A stretch of 64,000 nt of DNA. It comes from Salisapilia sapeloensis CBS 127946. Lineage: Eukaryota > Protista > Oomycota. Position 1 is the first letter of the stretch, and the number at the start of each line of letters is the position of its first letter. The notes beneath the pieces were generated by a model. It ran no database searches, was not told where the DNA came from, and worked only from the letters and a program-made list of their open reading frames with translations. The position numbers were made by a program, and so were the translations under genes. This document shows positions 1 through 11,945 of the stretch, one piece after another. The stretch is from contig JAADVB010000033.1 of assembly GCA_023334545.1 (NCBI GenBank), positions 1 through 64,000 of the forward strand, read 5' to 3'.

Positions 1-5
1 AACAT

Positions 6-344
6 TGTACCTCGCCTATTCCGAAATAATAGCGAAGAGCTCACTAGCGCAAGTAAATCGAAGAGCTTACCGAGCCTCTCGCGCGCTTTTTTAATTTGCA
101 CATGTCGAGCACCATGCATGCCTTGAAGGCTTCTCGAAGATCATTTCCTCCTGATTGCATCTAAAATAAAAGATCACTTGCTATTGAACTCCTCGTTTGA
201 TGAGAAAGCTATGTTAAAGTGTTTCACTAGGTTTCCAATGGCAAGTCGGAAAACAAATCGGCTATTCTCAGGGAACGTAGAATTGCCCAAGTTGGTTATC
301 ATGAATCGAACTACAAAAGGTGAATCCTCAGCTCTGCCGAATCG
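6..344. repeat. Dispersed repeat, copy 1 (probably a decayed transposable element; truncated by window edge)
   Basis: Aligns by eye with 25354-25662; the best block (95-161 vs 25419-25485) is 64/67 identical. No long intact frame. Confidence 0.85.
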
Positions 345-923
345 TTATTCAACGCAAATATGACCTATGTGTCAAGATATATTTATGTCATGAGTACAAG
401 TCGGCCAAGTAGCTTTATGCAAACCACCATCAATAAACAATGGTTTTACTATGGATGGATTCAAAAACACAAACATCCATCCATTCTATATGACTACTTT
501 CCTAACCCTGGCTGTAACAATGAGCGCACGGATTTTGTTGACTGCTAGTTTTGATCATTTCCTCTGATGTTAGAGATATTTATGCTTGGGTCTCGAGTAG
601 GCATCAAGTAAGGTTACATTTGGTCATTTCCATCTTGCATTAAGACTCTAGTGTATTTTAAAGCAAATAAATTCCCTCCAAATTCTCCAACGGCACGCAA
701 AATCTACTATCAGCACAAGAGAAGAGTGTCTTCTACGACTCCTTACAAAAAAGCGTACTTTAGTGTCAACTTACCAAGAGAATTCGATTGACAAAGTTTT
801 GTATCTTGTTCTTTTCTTTCATGTATGTAAATCTACCAGCTTGGAAGTATCAACATGCCTTCCATCGATGAGGAGGGCAAGTCAACATCCAATCTTTTGC
901 CGCAGAATCAATGCCACCACTCC

Positions 924-2426
924 TTAAGCCGAGTGTTCCCTTCCAAATGCTTGCTTCCAGTCTGCCATTTTCGTGTTCTGAGATCGAACGAGGTGTAGAG
1001 CACATGCGACTAAAAGTACAAAGACTATCAAGACCATAGCTGATGCTCCGAACGAAGACATGAACGGCGTCGATGCACCAAGTGTCTCCCCATATTTATC
1101 ATTTGCAGGCTCCCCATACACACTTATGATAAAGTTGGTGATTTCATCCGGATGGAAGGCAGCATCTTCCAACGATGGCTCCAAGACGCTCTCCGAGTAA
1201 CAGATACTACAATCTGTCATGGACGGCCAGATCTTCTTTCTCGTCACTCGATTCACCTTGTTGTGCATGCGCCAGAGCCAGACAACGACTGCTTCTGGAC
1301 CGAACTTGTCACTCTTTGCTAACTCACGCATGACCTTCGGTGGATTCGCTTGCAAAAAGTGTTTGACGCATTCTTCGCAAGCAAAGAAGTTAGCTACGAA
1401 GGATCGAATCGAGTTCGCCAGTTTGCTCGGAGGGTAGGACTCGGATTGGGAGCTGAGAGCATGGAACAACGACCATAAGCCACAGGTGAACGTGTTGCAG
1501 TGCTTCCACGTCTGTCGCTCACTCGGCGTCATGATCGTCTGTGGGAACGTTTCCGCCGCATGCTCCTGTTTCCACAACGCCACAGCGTTCTCCCAGTCTG
1601 CTTTACGCCATTGAGGTCGACTCTCAAGCAACTGCGCTAGACTACTAAATACTTTTCTATTCTGCTCCAGTGGGAAGCAACCGGCAATAGCTCTCACCCA
1701 AGCAACTGCTGCGTCATATCGCTCGCCTTCTAGCAACTGAGTACCTGTGAATAGTCCACTTTCGAGTGAGAACATGGCTGCAGCACCAGCATCATGCAGC
1801 CTCGCTTGCTTCATCTGCGCCGAGTTTTCACGAAGTTTATCGGAAGCTCCTGGCGATCCTGCTGCATCTGCGTCATAGTTGTTCTCGGCAACCTGCTTCA
1901 CTCGGTCACGTTGCAATGCACTAATACGCTCGATGAGATTATCCGTCGGTATCCCGGAGCTTAATCCAGCATCAGTCATGGCTTTTTCGACCCAATTAAT
2001 GACACCTTTTGTATTTCGGACGTGGTATCCCTTTAGAGGACGAGGCTCTGTTGCATCTGGGGGTGCATGGTAGAGGTAGATGGCTGGGAACTCTCGAATG
2101 CCTTCAATATCACATGGATCGTGGTGGAGCGTGCAGTCGACGGCTCCGATTTTCACGGTGCGACTTTCGGCGTAGAACGCTGCTACACGTTCAAGTTCAG
2201 GGGCAAATTGCCTGCAATGGGGGCACCACGGTGCATAGAAATCTACGACCCACACTTCGTCCGTCGAGTTGCGCACGCGCTCAAATTCATTCGAGTCGAG
2301 CGACCGGACATGAAACGAGTCTTGGAAGAGCGGCGTCGAGTCACGGAAGCGTGCTTCCACGAGTGAGTAGCATTGCAACGACAGGAGGAGAGGTAGGATG
2401 AAGATGTTCGTTTTAATGGAGGGCAT
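924..2426 (-). CDS. QSOX: Quiescin-type sulfhydryl oxidase (thioredoxin + Erv/ALR domains, signal peptide, C-terminal TM)
   Basis: FYAPWCPHC thioredoxin motif, FFACEECVKHF Erv motif, WLWRMHNKVN, distal WPSMTDCSIC CxxC, hydrophobic N- and C-termini. Start set at MPSIK (ATG 2426). Confidence 0.88.
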   Translation of the reverse strand: MPSIKTNIFILPLLLSLQCYSLVEARFRDSTPLFQDSFHVRSLDSNEFERVRNSTDEVWVVDFYAPWCPHCRQFAPELERVAAFYAESRTVKIGAVDCTLHHDPCDIEGIREFPAIYLYHAPPDATEPRPLKGYHVRNTKGVINWVEKAMTDAGLSSGIPTDNLIERISALQRDRVKQVAENNYDADAAGSPGASDKLRENSAQMKQARLHDAGAAAMFSLESGLFTGTQLLEGERYDAAVAWVRAIAGCFPLEQNRKVFSSLAQLLESRPQWRKADWENAVALWKQEHAAETFPQTIMTPSERQTWKHCNTFTCGLWSLFHALSSQSESYPPSKLANSIRSFVANFFACEECVKHFLQANPPKVMRELAKSDKFGPEAVVVWLWRMHNKVNRVTRKKIWPSMTDCSICYSESVLEPSLEDAAFHPDEITNFIISVYGEPANDKYGETLGASTPFMSSFGASAMVLIVFVLLVACALHLVRSQNTKMADWKQAFGREHSA

Positions 2427-2545
2427 CGTTAGGACGTAGATGAGGTATCGTAGTAGATACTCCTCCACCTTAACGCTAAAACTAACTGGGCTAAAGTATA
2501 CAGAGCGAGCTTTTATAGCACATATCTTGAAGAGGCATATGGATC

Positions 2546-4657
2546 TTATAGCTTTCGTTTCGCTTGGAGCTGTTGCTGCAGTGCATCAAGCTTCGAGTCT
2601 GACCATGGCGTATTAGCATCTTGCTCCCGTTGGGCTATCTTGGGCATGTTGAATCTGACCATCTTTGCAGTTTTCTCGATCGCCTCCACGTGGACATTTG
2701 GCGATGGTAACCTACTTTGCTCATCGTTATTGTCCTTGGCTTGCCTCCCTGCTTGAAGCAGCTTCGGCTCCGATCGGCTCTGAGCTAGAGGCTTTGATAA
2801 GACTTTCTTACCGAATGGTTTGGTTTTTGAAGAGGTAACCCAATCCGGAAGTTCGTTCAATGCACCAGCGTCACTGGCCATTTGCCACTTCATTCGCAAT
2901 ACACGTAGCTCATTTTCGAGCTTACGGTTCTCTTTCTGAGATGTTGCTCGAGTCCAATCGAGTTTATTGCGAACGTCTATAAACTTTTCGTCCATCAGAC
3001 GTAGTTGGTCCTCCAGTATCTGTGCACCACGCTCCAAATCCTGCACTTGCTGTTCCCTCGAAGCGTTCTTCTTCACAGTCACTGCCAGTTTCTCTCGGCA
3101 TTCCGTCAATTCCTTTTCTGTTCTCCTATTCGTGTCTATTGCTCGAGTCTTGGCAGCAGCCTCGTGCTTTAAATGAACCATCAACTTTTCAATATGTTCC
3201 GTTAAAGCGGCTATTTTCTCTCCATTCTCCTTGATCGTTGAATCACTCTTTGCTCGAAGCTCCTTCTCTACACGTTCTCGACTGACCATCTCGATCATCT
3301 TTGCTTTCATTGTCTGCAACTCAGCAATGCCTCGTCCAGCAACTTCCAGCTCTTCTTCCAAACGTTGGATGTGTATCTGTTGGCGCTTGTTACGACTACG
3401 AACGACGCGTAGTTCACGTTCAAGTTTCCCGACGCAACCGAGACTATCAATTGCTGAAAAGTTATCCACGCTTGGTAAATGCAATGACACCTCTGTTTCC
3501 TGAGTATCAGAGTTGAAATCTTGTTCATATGGCTCGTCATTACCCTCTAGCTCATCAAACTGCGACTTGGTTGGAGTCGCTGATGTGGCGTTTCCTGCTG
3601 CCGTCCACTCATGCTCTAGTGCACGCATGCGAAGTCGAAGCAACTCGTCCAATTTGATGTGCTTGTAAGCACTTATATCAACGTCGTCTCCAGCGACTGC
3701 CTTTAATAGAGATGCCCGAATCGAATGCACTTCATTTTGTAGCTCTTGATACTTCGTTTTAATTTTTGCTTTGCTTTGGTCTACTTGAAACATCTTCTCA
3801 CCGATTTTTACGAGTTCCTCTCCTTTGACATAAATCTGGTGTTCCAATCTCTCGATATTTTGCATGACGTCGCCAGTTACGAGTGAACGCAGTCGCTGGA
3901 TTTCAGCTTCCAAACCTTCTACTTGTGATCGTAGATGGCCATTTTCTTCCTCTTTCACTGTCAGTTCGCTTTCAATTTTCTTTATTTGGGCCTCCATATT
4001 CGTCTTTAGTACGATCGTATCCTGCTCCTTTGCTTTGATTGTCGTCTTCAGTGCTTCGGAATCTTGCTTCATCGCATTGATCGTAGACTTTAATGCTTCG
4101 GAATCTTGCTCCGCTTGCTGCATCTGCTGTTCATGTTGCTTTGCTATAACTAACCGAGTTCGTTCGGCTGCTGCTAATTCTTCCTTCAAGGAGTTATTCA
4201 AAGCACACATTTCATCGTAACTTTGACTCAGTCCATTCAGTCGCTCGGTTGTTTCGTTAAGCGCTCGTTCCAATTCATTGCTACGAGCTTGAATCTGTTG
4301 ATTTTCATTCTCTACACCGACTAAAGTGTTTGCTGCCTGCTCCAGTTGCTCTGACAAACTCGAGACTTTGTCGTTAAGATTTTGAATAACCTCCTCTAGC
4401 CCCTGTCTATCGTACGCAGCTTGTTCATCCGATGCTATTTTCGCTGCTTCAAGACCTTCATACGCTTGCCTCCATTGCTCATTTTCATTAGCATAAGCAT
4501 CTCGAGACTCTGTTAGCTCCTCTACAATCCTCTTTTCTTGCTCCAACGCAGCGTGGAGCGAGGCTTTTTCAGCTGCTTGATGGCGACGCAATTGATCGCA
4601 TTCATGTTGTAACTTTGTGAGCTCGTCTTCCGTCTTGGCTTCGTGCTCATCTGACAT
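2546..4657 (-). CDS. Long coiled-coil protein, function unknown
   Basis: 703-aa intronless ORF, E/K/Q/L-rich heptad character throughout. Confidence 0.8.
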   Translation of the reverse strand: MSDEHEAKTEDELTKLQHECDQLRRHQAAEKASLHAALEQEKRIVEELTESRDAYANENEQWRQAYEGLEAAKIASDEQAAYDRQGLEEVIQNLNDKVSSLSEQLEQAANTLVGVENENQQIQARSNELERALNETTERLNGLSQSYDEMCALNNSLKEELAAAERTRLVIAKQHEQQMQQAEQDSEALKSTINAMKQDSEALKTTIKAKEQDTIVLKTNMEAQIKKIESELTVKEEENGHLRSQVEGLEAEIQRLRSLVTGDVMQNIERLEHQIYVKGEELVKIGEKMFQVDQSKAKIKTKYQELQNEVHSIRASLLKAVAGDDVDISAYKHIKLDELLRLRMRALEHEWTAAGNATSATPTKSQFDELEGNDEPYEQDFNSDTQETEVSLHLPSVDNFSAIDSLGCVGKLERELRVVRSRNKRQQIHIQRLEEELEVAGRGIAELQTMKAKMIEMVSRERVEKELRAKSDSTIKENGEKIAALTEHIEKLMVHLKHEAAAKTRAIDTNRRTEKELTECREKLAVTVKKNASREQQVQDLERGAQILEDQLRLMDEKFIDVRNKLDWTRATSQKENRKLENELRVLRMKWQMASDAGALNELPDWVTSSKTKPFGKKVLSKPLAQSRSEPKLLQAGRQAKDNNDEQSRLPSPNVHVEAIEKTAKMVRFNMPKIAQREQDANTPWSDSKLDALQQQLQAKRKL
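3990..4112 (-). repeat. 42-bp (14-aa) coding tandem repeat, about 3 units
   Basis: tgcttcggaatcttgct recurs at 4052 and 4094; protein reads DSEALKSTINAMKQ / DSEALKTTIKAKEQ / DTIVLKTNMEA. Confidence 0.7.
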
Positions 4658-4756
4658 TGCTTAGGATATTGCGTACTGCCTTAGAGACTACGACGAACGC
4701 AAGTATATGCCTTTGTCGGTTAAAAATATCTTTCTAGTCATTGTTCATCATGCGTT

Positions 4757-6148
4757 TCAACTCTCATTACTATCTACCATCGCCGTCATCTCCGCTATGA
4801 TGCGGTCAATCTAAGCATATGTAAGAGATCCACTCATCCACTTTAAACACACAAGAAGGTACCTTGTCTACATGGTTATGAGCATATTGACTAGTATGAC
4901 TAGTTTTAAGTTCCTTGGATTTAGAGACAAGGATGGTTTGGAAATCATCAAAGTGCATGCCCACATTCGCTCGTAAGACGACCTGACACTGTCCTCTCCA
5001 ATCAGTAGCAGGCATCACTTCTTTGAGATCACTCAACTCTTTCTCCACAGCGTCAAGCTCTGTCCTTAAGTACTGCCAAATATCATCTAGACAAAAGCCA
5101 TTGAACCAATTGTGGTTGATCGAGATAGTGTTCTCGAGATTTTCCACTTGATGCAACCATCCGCTTGGAACAAAGATAGCTTCACCCTTTTCCTGAATGA
5201 CTTCGATAGGTTTGGCTAGATGTAGATGAGGAAATTGATTCATGTCTATACTAGACGAGGTCACGTCTGATACGAGGAAGCGATTGAATCTGTCTTTAAG
5301 TTTCCACTCGTCGTCCGGATGATAAAATATCCATCGCTTACGACCGGTAATGTTCACAGACCAGCTAGAGAAAATGGTTAGTCGGGATAATTAACAAGAG
5401 TAGGGAGAGTCACCTATAGGAACGAAAGACATCGTGGTGGAGAGGTGTCCAGCTACCAGTAGGACCTTCGGTGCGCATTGTATATGTCAGTCTGTGTCTT
5501 GACATGGATACAAGTATGCCATGCAATATACCTATGTAGACAAATCGGTAGTCCTCTTCGTCTTCCTTTTGATCCCACCACCTAATAACAGTCATATGTC
5601 CATAAATGTTCCTTTGCTTGTTTAAATAGCGACAACATACCAATTGAGCCAGTCGTCTTGGAAGAAGATAGGAGTACTAGCAGACACCGAGTAATTTATG
5701 AGTTTGAATTACCAAGAATCATGTATATCAAATAGATATACGTGTATGCGGGTTCTTCATCTTGAAATTCTCGAACAAAATGCCAGTCTTTCAGATATCT
5801 CTTCCCAGCTACACCTGACTCGAGCGAGTCTAAGTACTCTCCTAGATACAACAACATGAATATGCATACTGTAGACACATTATACTGCATATCAAATTTA
5901 CCAAAGTTCATTGTCGACCTTGATTCACTTCCGTATTCAGCAACAGCGCCATCAACGATCGGTACTTGGGCATGGCCGTAGCGCTGTCGAAGATAATTGT
6001 AATTTATCGATCCATCCGGCAATCCCCATTGCGTCGCTGCTCCAAACCACTTTTGTGTGATATTAACTAGCTTTACTGGTACATTTGCACACATGTAGCG
6101 ATCACAAAAGTCGCTATATGCTAGAGTTTCGGCATTGACCACGTCCAT
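4757..6148 (-). CDS. JMJD4: JmjC 2-oxoglutarate/Fe oxygenase, JMJD4-like (about 6 introns)
   Basis: Exons join as YLKDWHF..., DWLNWWWD...DYRFVYIG, PTGSWTPLHHDVFRSYSWSVNITGRKRW, and FVPSGWLHQVENLENTISINHNW, with the H-x-D...H iron ligands intact. GT-AG junctions are visible; the last intron (4862-4811) gives a stop at 4757. Confidence 0.85.
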
Positions 6149-6216
6149 CTTCGACCAAGTCCTGTTCGATAGATGAAACGTATCAAAACACTAAAAAGTG
6201 GACACAAATTGTCCAA

Positions 6217-7943
6217 ATGGAGTCGATCGCTATTATCGCTCGTACGCGAGGCTTAGAAGGCATTCGCAACTACTTGCAAGGTTTCTACTACTTCTACAGC
6301 TAATAAGCATGTTGGTATATGACTGAGAAAGATGAATGGTGTGCATGTAGATCATAAGATGGATATAACGAGAATGTTCGAGGATTTAGCCTCGTCCGTT
6401 GTTTTATACAGTGGGCAGCAGTCGACTGGTAGAGATCAAGAGATCGGAATCAAGATAGAAGCGCTTGATATGTACGCTCAGCGCCTGCTTTGGAGTGTGA
6501 TGCTGCAAGACTGCGACTTGATGCCAATGTCTGGGCTAAAGCAGCTTGTCACGCGATATCTCCGGTTTAGTGAACAACGATGCTCTGGTAGTGTGGATGG
6601 CGTCTGTCTATCTTTAGCACAAACACTAGCTTCCAAATTAGAACTTGAAAAGTATAAAGATGATCGAGAGCTAGATGACGAGACATCAGATACAGTATGG
6701 CAGGAGCTCCAGGGTTATCTATACATTCGTCCTATCCCTCATTCTACCACAGCGTCAGAGCAAATGCGTCTCCTTACTCGCTTTAATACAAAATCACAAG
6801 AGGTTATCATACCTGCAACTATTCCTAAAGCACAGACAAGGATGCAGGAGACTATTGAGGAAGAAGACGAAATCCATAAGACGAAATCTGAAGATGACAG
6901 CTCAATTGAAGAAACACCTCGAAAGAAGCAACGTACTGAAGACACCAACAACACAGCGCAACCTGAAACACCAGGCGTAGCTGTGAAAGAGGTAGCCATG
7001 GCCGTTTTGATTATGAATACTTCTTCTCATTCCTTTGCGCTAGCTGGAAGCAAAAGCAAGTTTACTTGCCAAGGAGCTCAGTCAGATCTCGAGTGCCGAA
7101 GCGCAATCGAATCGCGCTGAAATTGAGGATGTAACACAGCGTGTCGTAACCTTCCTCCAAAGCACAGTAGCTTCCGTCGACACGACGCAAGAAACGAACG
7201 AGCAGACGTTTTCAAGTTTATGCGAACGCCTGAAGCTCTATGACACAAGTGATGAAGTTCTGTACCAAGTTGCAAGGTACGTACATTTGTTTTCCTCCGC
7301 TCACATCATTTTTCTATTCGTATTTACGTTGTATTCTACCAAATCGGTCCAAAGTTCCCTGGTTCAGACCAACTGGAGTTCTCGCTATGCTGCTGTCTTT
7401 CTCCACACAAGCGTCTTACCCAAGATCAGAGCCGCTACTTCTGTCATCTCACGTGTGCTTCTTCAAACTGCCCTCCTCTTCGGACAGCAATATACTTCCA
7501 CATTGTTAAACGCGTTGCTGGTACCGCTCGCGATGACACCAGATATCGCATCGGCGCAAGGCGAAGCTGTCACCCGTATCTTGCGCAACGGAGTTCCTAT
7601 CGACCTCATCGACTCGTTCATCACTGCTTCCCTATCCGGAGATGGAACGACACCAGTCTTAGCCAACGAAGTCGTGGTTCTGTTTCTCCAGAATGCACTT
7701 AACAAGAAACCAGCATTGACATCATCCACCGTCGACAAGTTGGTAGACTCGATGGAAATGGCGTTAGAAGTGGACGCGACTAAAAAGTCTGCCAAGTTCG
7801 CAACACTCCTCTTCACGCTCGTATCCAAGTATCCGACGCAATGTGGTAGCCATAAAGAACCACTGGATAATATCGCTCAGCAGTTGACTTCGCTCATGGC
7901 CAAGTCAACGCTACGTGCGATCCAAAAACTCAAGACGCACTAG
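6217..7943 (+). CDS. FANCE: Fanconi anemia group E (FANCE)-like protein, spliced
   Basis: The C-terminal helical region (LFLQNALNKK...KKSAKFATLLFTLVSKY...LMAKSTLRAIQKL) resembles the FANCE C-terminal domain. ATG at 6217 is followed by a GT donor. Internal exon boundaries are uncertain. Confidence 0.6.
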
Positions 7944-8031
7944 CTACTTTATATCTACATCTTGCATATGGAGGGTTTTCATTCGTACGTGGTCACGTTT
8001 CCCCTGATGTGTCCACTATCTTTTACATGTT

Positions 8032-11000
8032 TTATTCATCGTCGGTAAACTTTTGACACGACGCAAAGTCACCGATACGGCATCTCTTGAGTATCTTTCG
8101 AGCTTCAGATGGAAGCTCTTTACAGGCCTCTCCACAATTCTTGTTAAGCTTGGATAAACGGAAGAGTCCGAGAGACCATGGATATATATCCAACAACGGC
8201 GTGATGTCATAGACGCTATGGAAAGCAACAATCCAACAAGATTCTTTTCTCAAGTGGCGTCGAACTTCACACGTCGAGTAGACACGTCCGAGACTCGTCT
8301 TCTCTCGACGAGAAATAATGCTCTCCAGTTCGATATCTCGATACTTGGACGGTGCACTCCTTGGCTGTTTGTTTTTCGGTTGTTCACATGATGCACGTAA
8401 GCGATACTCTTTCTCGCAGCAGAAGAAACAGCGTGGATTATCGCACACGTCATTACAATGGATACAAGCGTTGCAGTGATGAGCCGCGGTGCCTGTGCCG
8501 TTGCCATCAAACGATTTCGCTTGTAGTCGTCCAAGCTCTCGCTTGTGATTTTGCATCTCGCGCTTGATATCGAGCGACAGTCGAGGCTGTTGACTGCTCC
8601 GTGTAACGGGGCTAAAGTTCTGCAAAGCGTAGTCGAGGAAGAATTTGTCTTCTTCTTGGCTAGAAGAGTCAAGCGACATGTCTTCATCGTCCGACGAGCG
8701 CGTGCGGTCGGACTGTGGAGCTGCCATAAGCGTACGATGACTTGACGCTACCTCGGCGTAGTATCTCGCAAGAAAGGTTTCTAGCTGCTCGCTCTCACTC
8801 GGCTGTGGCATCCACCGACTGCTAGTTAATGCATCGATCGTCTTGTCTTCACAGTCCGGCACCGCTAACGCCAATTCAGATTCCGACATGGATCGTCGGT
8901 TGTCGTGGTGGAAAGCTGGTACGACGTCTCGACTCTCTTCTTTACTCTCTTCCTCTAGCTCAAACGGAAGCATCATACGCACTCTTTTCTCGTCATTCCC
9001 ATTCGCAACACGCGGGTGCTTGGTGCCGTTATTCTCGGACAAATCACTAAAAGATCGACGTCGCTTTGGATTTCGTTTCATGTCATCACTCCTCGACTGT
9101 TCTAGCAGCACTTTAATAAGCGAAATCGATCGACGACTACAACGTAGTAGTCGCATATCCGCCACAGAGTCCATGAGGAATTGGAATTTCTCCATCAAGT
9201 GCGATACGAACGCTCTTTTCGTTTGTGCCGCACGTTGTTCCTGATTATGGCATTCGTTCGTACGTTGGAGCATTTGCTGTCGTTCCTTTCTACTAGCATT
9301 CGCAGCTTTCTGCATCGAGTCTCGGATCTCTGACTGTGCTTCCTGCTGTAGATTATGCAGGAAGAGTACGATGTAGTGCAGTACGAGCAGCGTTTCGTAC
9401 CAAGCAATGCTCATCGTACGTTCGATCCTGGCTTCTTTCGAGAACAACATGTTCTGCAGCGTAGATGCACGTGTATCAGCGTCTGCATCTTCGGCAATAG
9501 CATCCAAGAGCCAGTATCCTGATGATCGAGGCATAGGATACGACGCGGAAGGTAGAATATGGATGAGCGAACGTAGTAAGACATCATCATGGACGATGCT
9601 TTGGGCTACTTGATCATCTAAGGACATGGATGCATCCGTTTTCAAGAAGCACTGGAGGAGCTTGAGACTCCAATAGCACGTCAACGTCTCTTTGCGTGCA
9701 AAGAGATCGCTCACAGCTTCTAGTAATTTGGGAATGTAAGCGTCTGCGACAGTGGCATGTGGGATATGGCATAAACGCACGAGTGCTTGCAACGTAGTAG
9801 CGATCTCGGGACTAGTCTCAGCTCGAGTGTGGACGCTAACGAGAACGGAGAGGTGAAGTACTAGGTTTTCAATGGCTTCGTTTACCACCGACACGTCGTA
9901 AGACTTACCAAACCCTCCTTTTACTGGAAAATTCGCATTAAACTCTTCCATGGCAACCTGAAGACTTTGCCCGGCGTTTATCAATGCACTGTCATCTTGG
10001 CCATCCTCTCCAGTGTACCTCTTTTCAGTCTTTCGTGTTTTCGACGTTTTTTTCTTTCCTTTCGATCGAAAAGATCGACGCTCTTGACTATGAGACTGGT
10101 TGTCTGTTCCTTCGAGAAGAGCTGGAAAGTCCTCTGACTCTGGTTCATCTGCAGGTACCTGTAGCAGTCGTTGTAAGTGGAACATTTGCATGACAGAACT
10201 TGCTGCTGCTTTAGCATTTTCAGACAAGTGTGGATGGAAGAGACGATTGCTCTTCACTGGCGTTGCGATAAGTTCGATGTGGTCGTATCCTCTTTCACTA
10301 CAGACGAGTAAGAGGAGTGACACGAAAGACTCGCATCCGTCCATCTTCACAGCCAAGTACTCGCCTTGCACAAACTCGAGTGTCGCAGCATCTTTCTTCC
10401 AATCTGAGTGAATAACTAGTCGGAGTTTCCTATACGGTCGAGAGATAACGTCGCGCTGATTCGGTAGCACTTCGACGATCGCCTTGGGCTGTAAAATGAT
10501 ACGAACGTCTGTTTCACAGGAACCGTCATGACTAATCTTACGTGCGTCGAAGCCTGCGACGGCTGTCCGATCTAACAGTTGGGAATGATGCGAGCGTAAC
10601 AACGGGACGCTCGTGGCCGACGTGCCGATTTGGATGGTCGTACCGATGGACCCGGCCGCCGTGACGATGTGGTCTAAGCAGTCTTCTCGTTGCGAACACC
10701 GAAAGAGCCGCTCGTGGAAGATGGTTGAGAGGACGAAGCCGTCGTTCTTGTAGCTCTTTTCACATCGAGCCAAGTTGTGCATGTGGATGTAATCGATGCT
10801 AGCAACTCGACGCGCTGCATCGTCCATTAATACGATACCAGAGATGCGAATCTGTAAGAGATATTCTTCACTCGATCCGTCGGCAAAGACTTGTGTGCAG
10901 GTGTAGTTGCCTGGTCGTTTTGCAAGGATTAAGCGACTCTGAACCGGTCGGAAGTCGAAGCTAGCTCGAAGCTGGTGTAATGTGGCGAGAATATGATTCC

Positions 11001-11346
11001 TCGCTGGACACTTGATGGTTAGAGTGGAGTGTATGAGTCGATTCTTAGTCAATCGAATTTGCATCTATGCCAGACACATCTTGGTTATCTCGAAGAAAAT
11101 ACAAGTTTATATGCATAGAAGTACCTCATCTCTCGTAGAAGTAGCTACAGCATCATCGATTTCATCGATTCGAATGCTACGAGAGCAATGGAGAGAATTG
11201 GCGTCATAGAAAGCGAGTCGAGTCGGTGAGATCGTAAGCAAGCGACGATGCGTGCCCCACCACGAATGCACTGTGACTAGATACTGAGCCTCGACATTGT
11301 CATTCTTGCCTACCTTGCCGGCATTTAATGAGAATGGTCGCGGCAT
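8032..11346 (-). CDS. RME-8/DNAJC13 N-terminal-like protein with helical middle, Cys cluster and degenerate cytochrome-b5-like C-terminal domain
   Basis: Exon 1 (11346-11125) QYLVTVHSWWGTHRRLLTISPTRLAFYD resembles the RME-8 N-terminus and joins the 1010-aa ORF in frame via a 60-nt GT-AG intron (11124-11065). The C-terminus reads YSTCEVRRH...SCWIVAFHSVYDITPLL...ARKILKRCRIG. Confidence 0.7.
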
Positions 11347-11945
11347 ACTTGGTAGTCAGTATCGACCTCCGAAAGGTGGAAGCTATGGGTTCTGAATCAA
11401 ATCGCGTTCTGACGTACTTTGAGACTGGGGTATATGTACATAAATCAGTTCGTAAAATAGCTGAAGGAAGTGCGTTTTAGTAGTGAATATAGTCAACGTA
11501 AATGAATGAACCGAGCGGATGGGAAAATAGTGATCTGTTGAAGTGCTATGGAAACCTGAAGCGATGCTGACATTCGAACAGATCGATCAGCTGAATGATG
11601 GATTTTATAGTCAGCTCAGTTTGGTGAGCATGTCTTTCATGTGCACATGAAACTCTTTCTCGACCTGTTTTCATGGACGTCCTGTGTCTGCTGCCGTACC
11701 AAGTTTTTCAACCTCGTTCGGACTCGAAAAAGAGAGTTAGAAAAATAGGACGAACGTGACATTCTACCAGTTGTGGAAGAGTGTACGCACGTCAGACGCA
11801 ACAGAAAGGACGACAGGCTGAGAAAGCTCCATGGAACTTTGCTGACAAACAACTTGGAACCTAGGAACGAAGAAAGTAGATTATTCGCTTTGATGGTATT
11901 AAATGAAAGATACTTGCTTCCCTACAAAATTGGTTGCGACGTCAC

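Noticed and set aside
140-180. Two TGA codons shared by both repeat copies read as Trp (alternative genetic code)
   Set aside because: Shared stops are simply explained by descent from an already decayed copy; host genes here use TGA as stop.
178-363. 61-aa plus ORF and its homologue 25502-25759 as a conserved small gene
   Set aside because: Both lie in the dispersed repeat and lack an ATG start. In the minus-strand frame that shares these third-codon positions I counted about 7 synonymous versus 12 non-synonymous changes, compatible with neutral decay.
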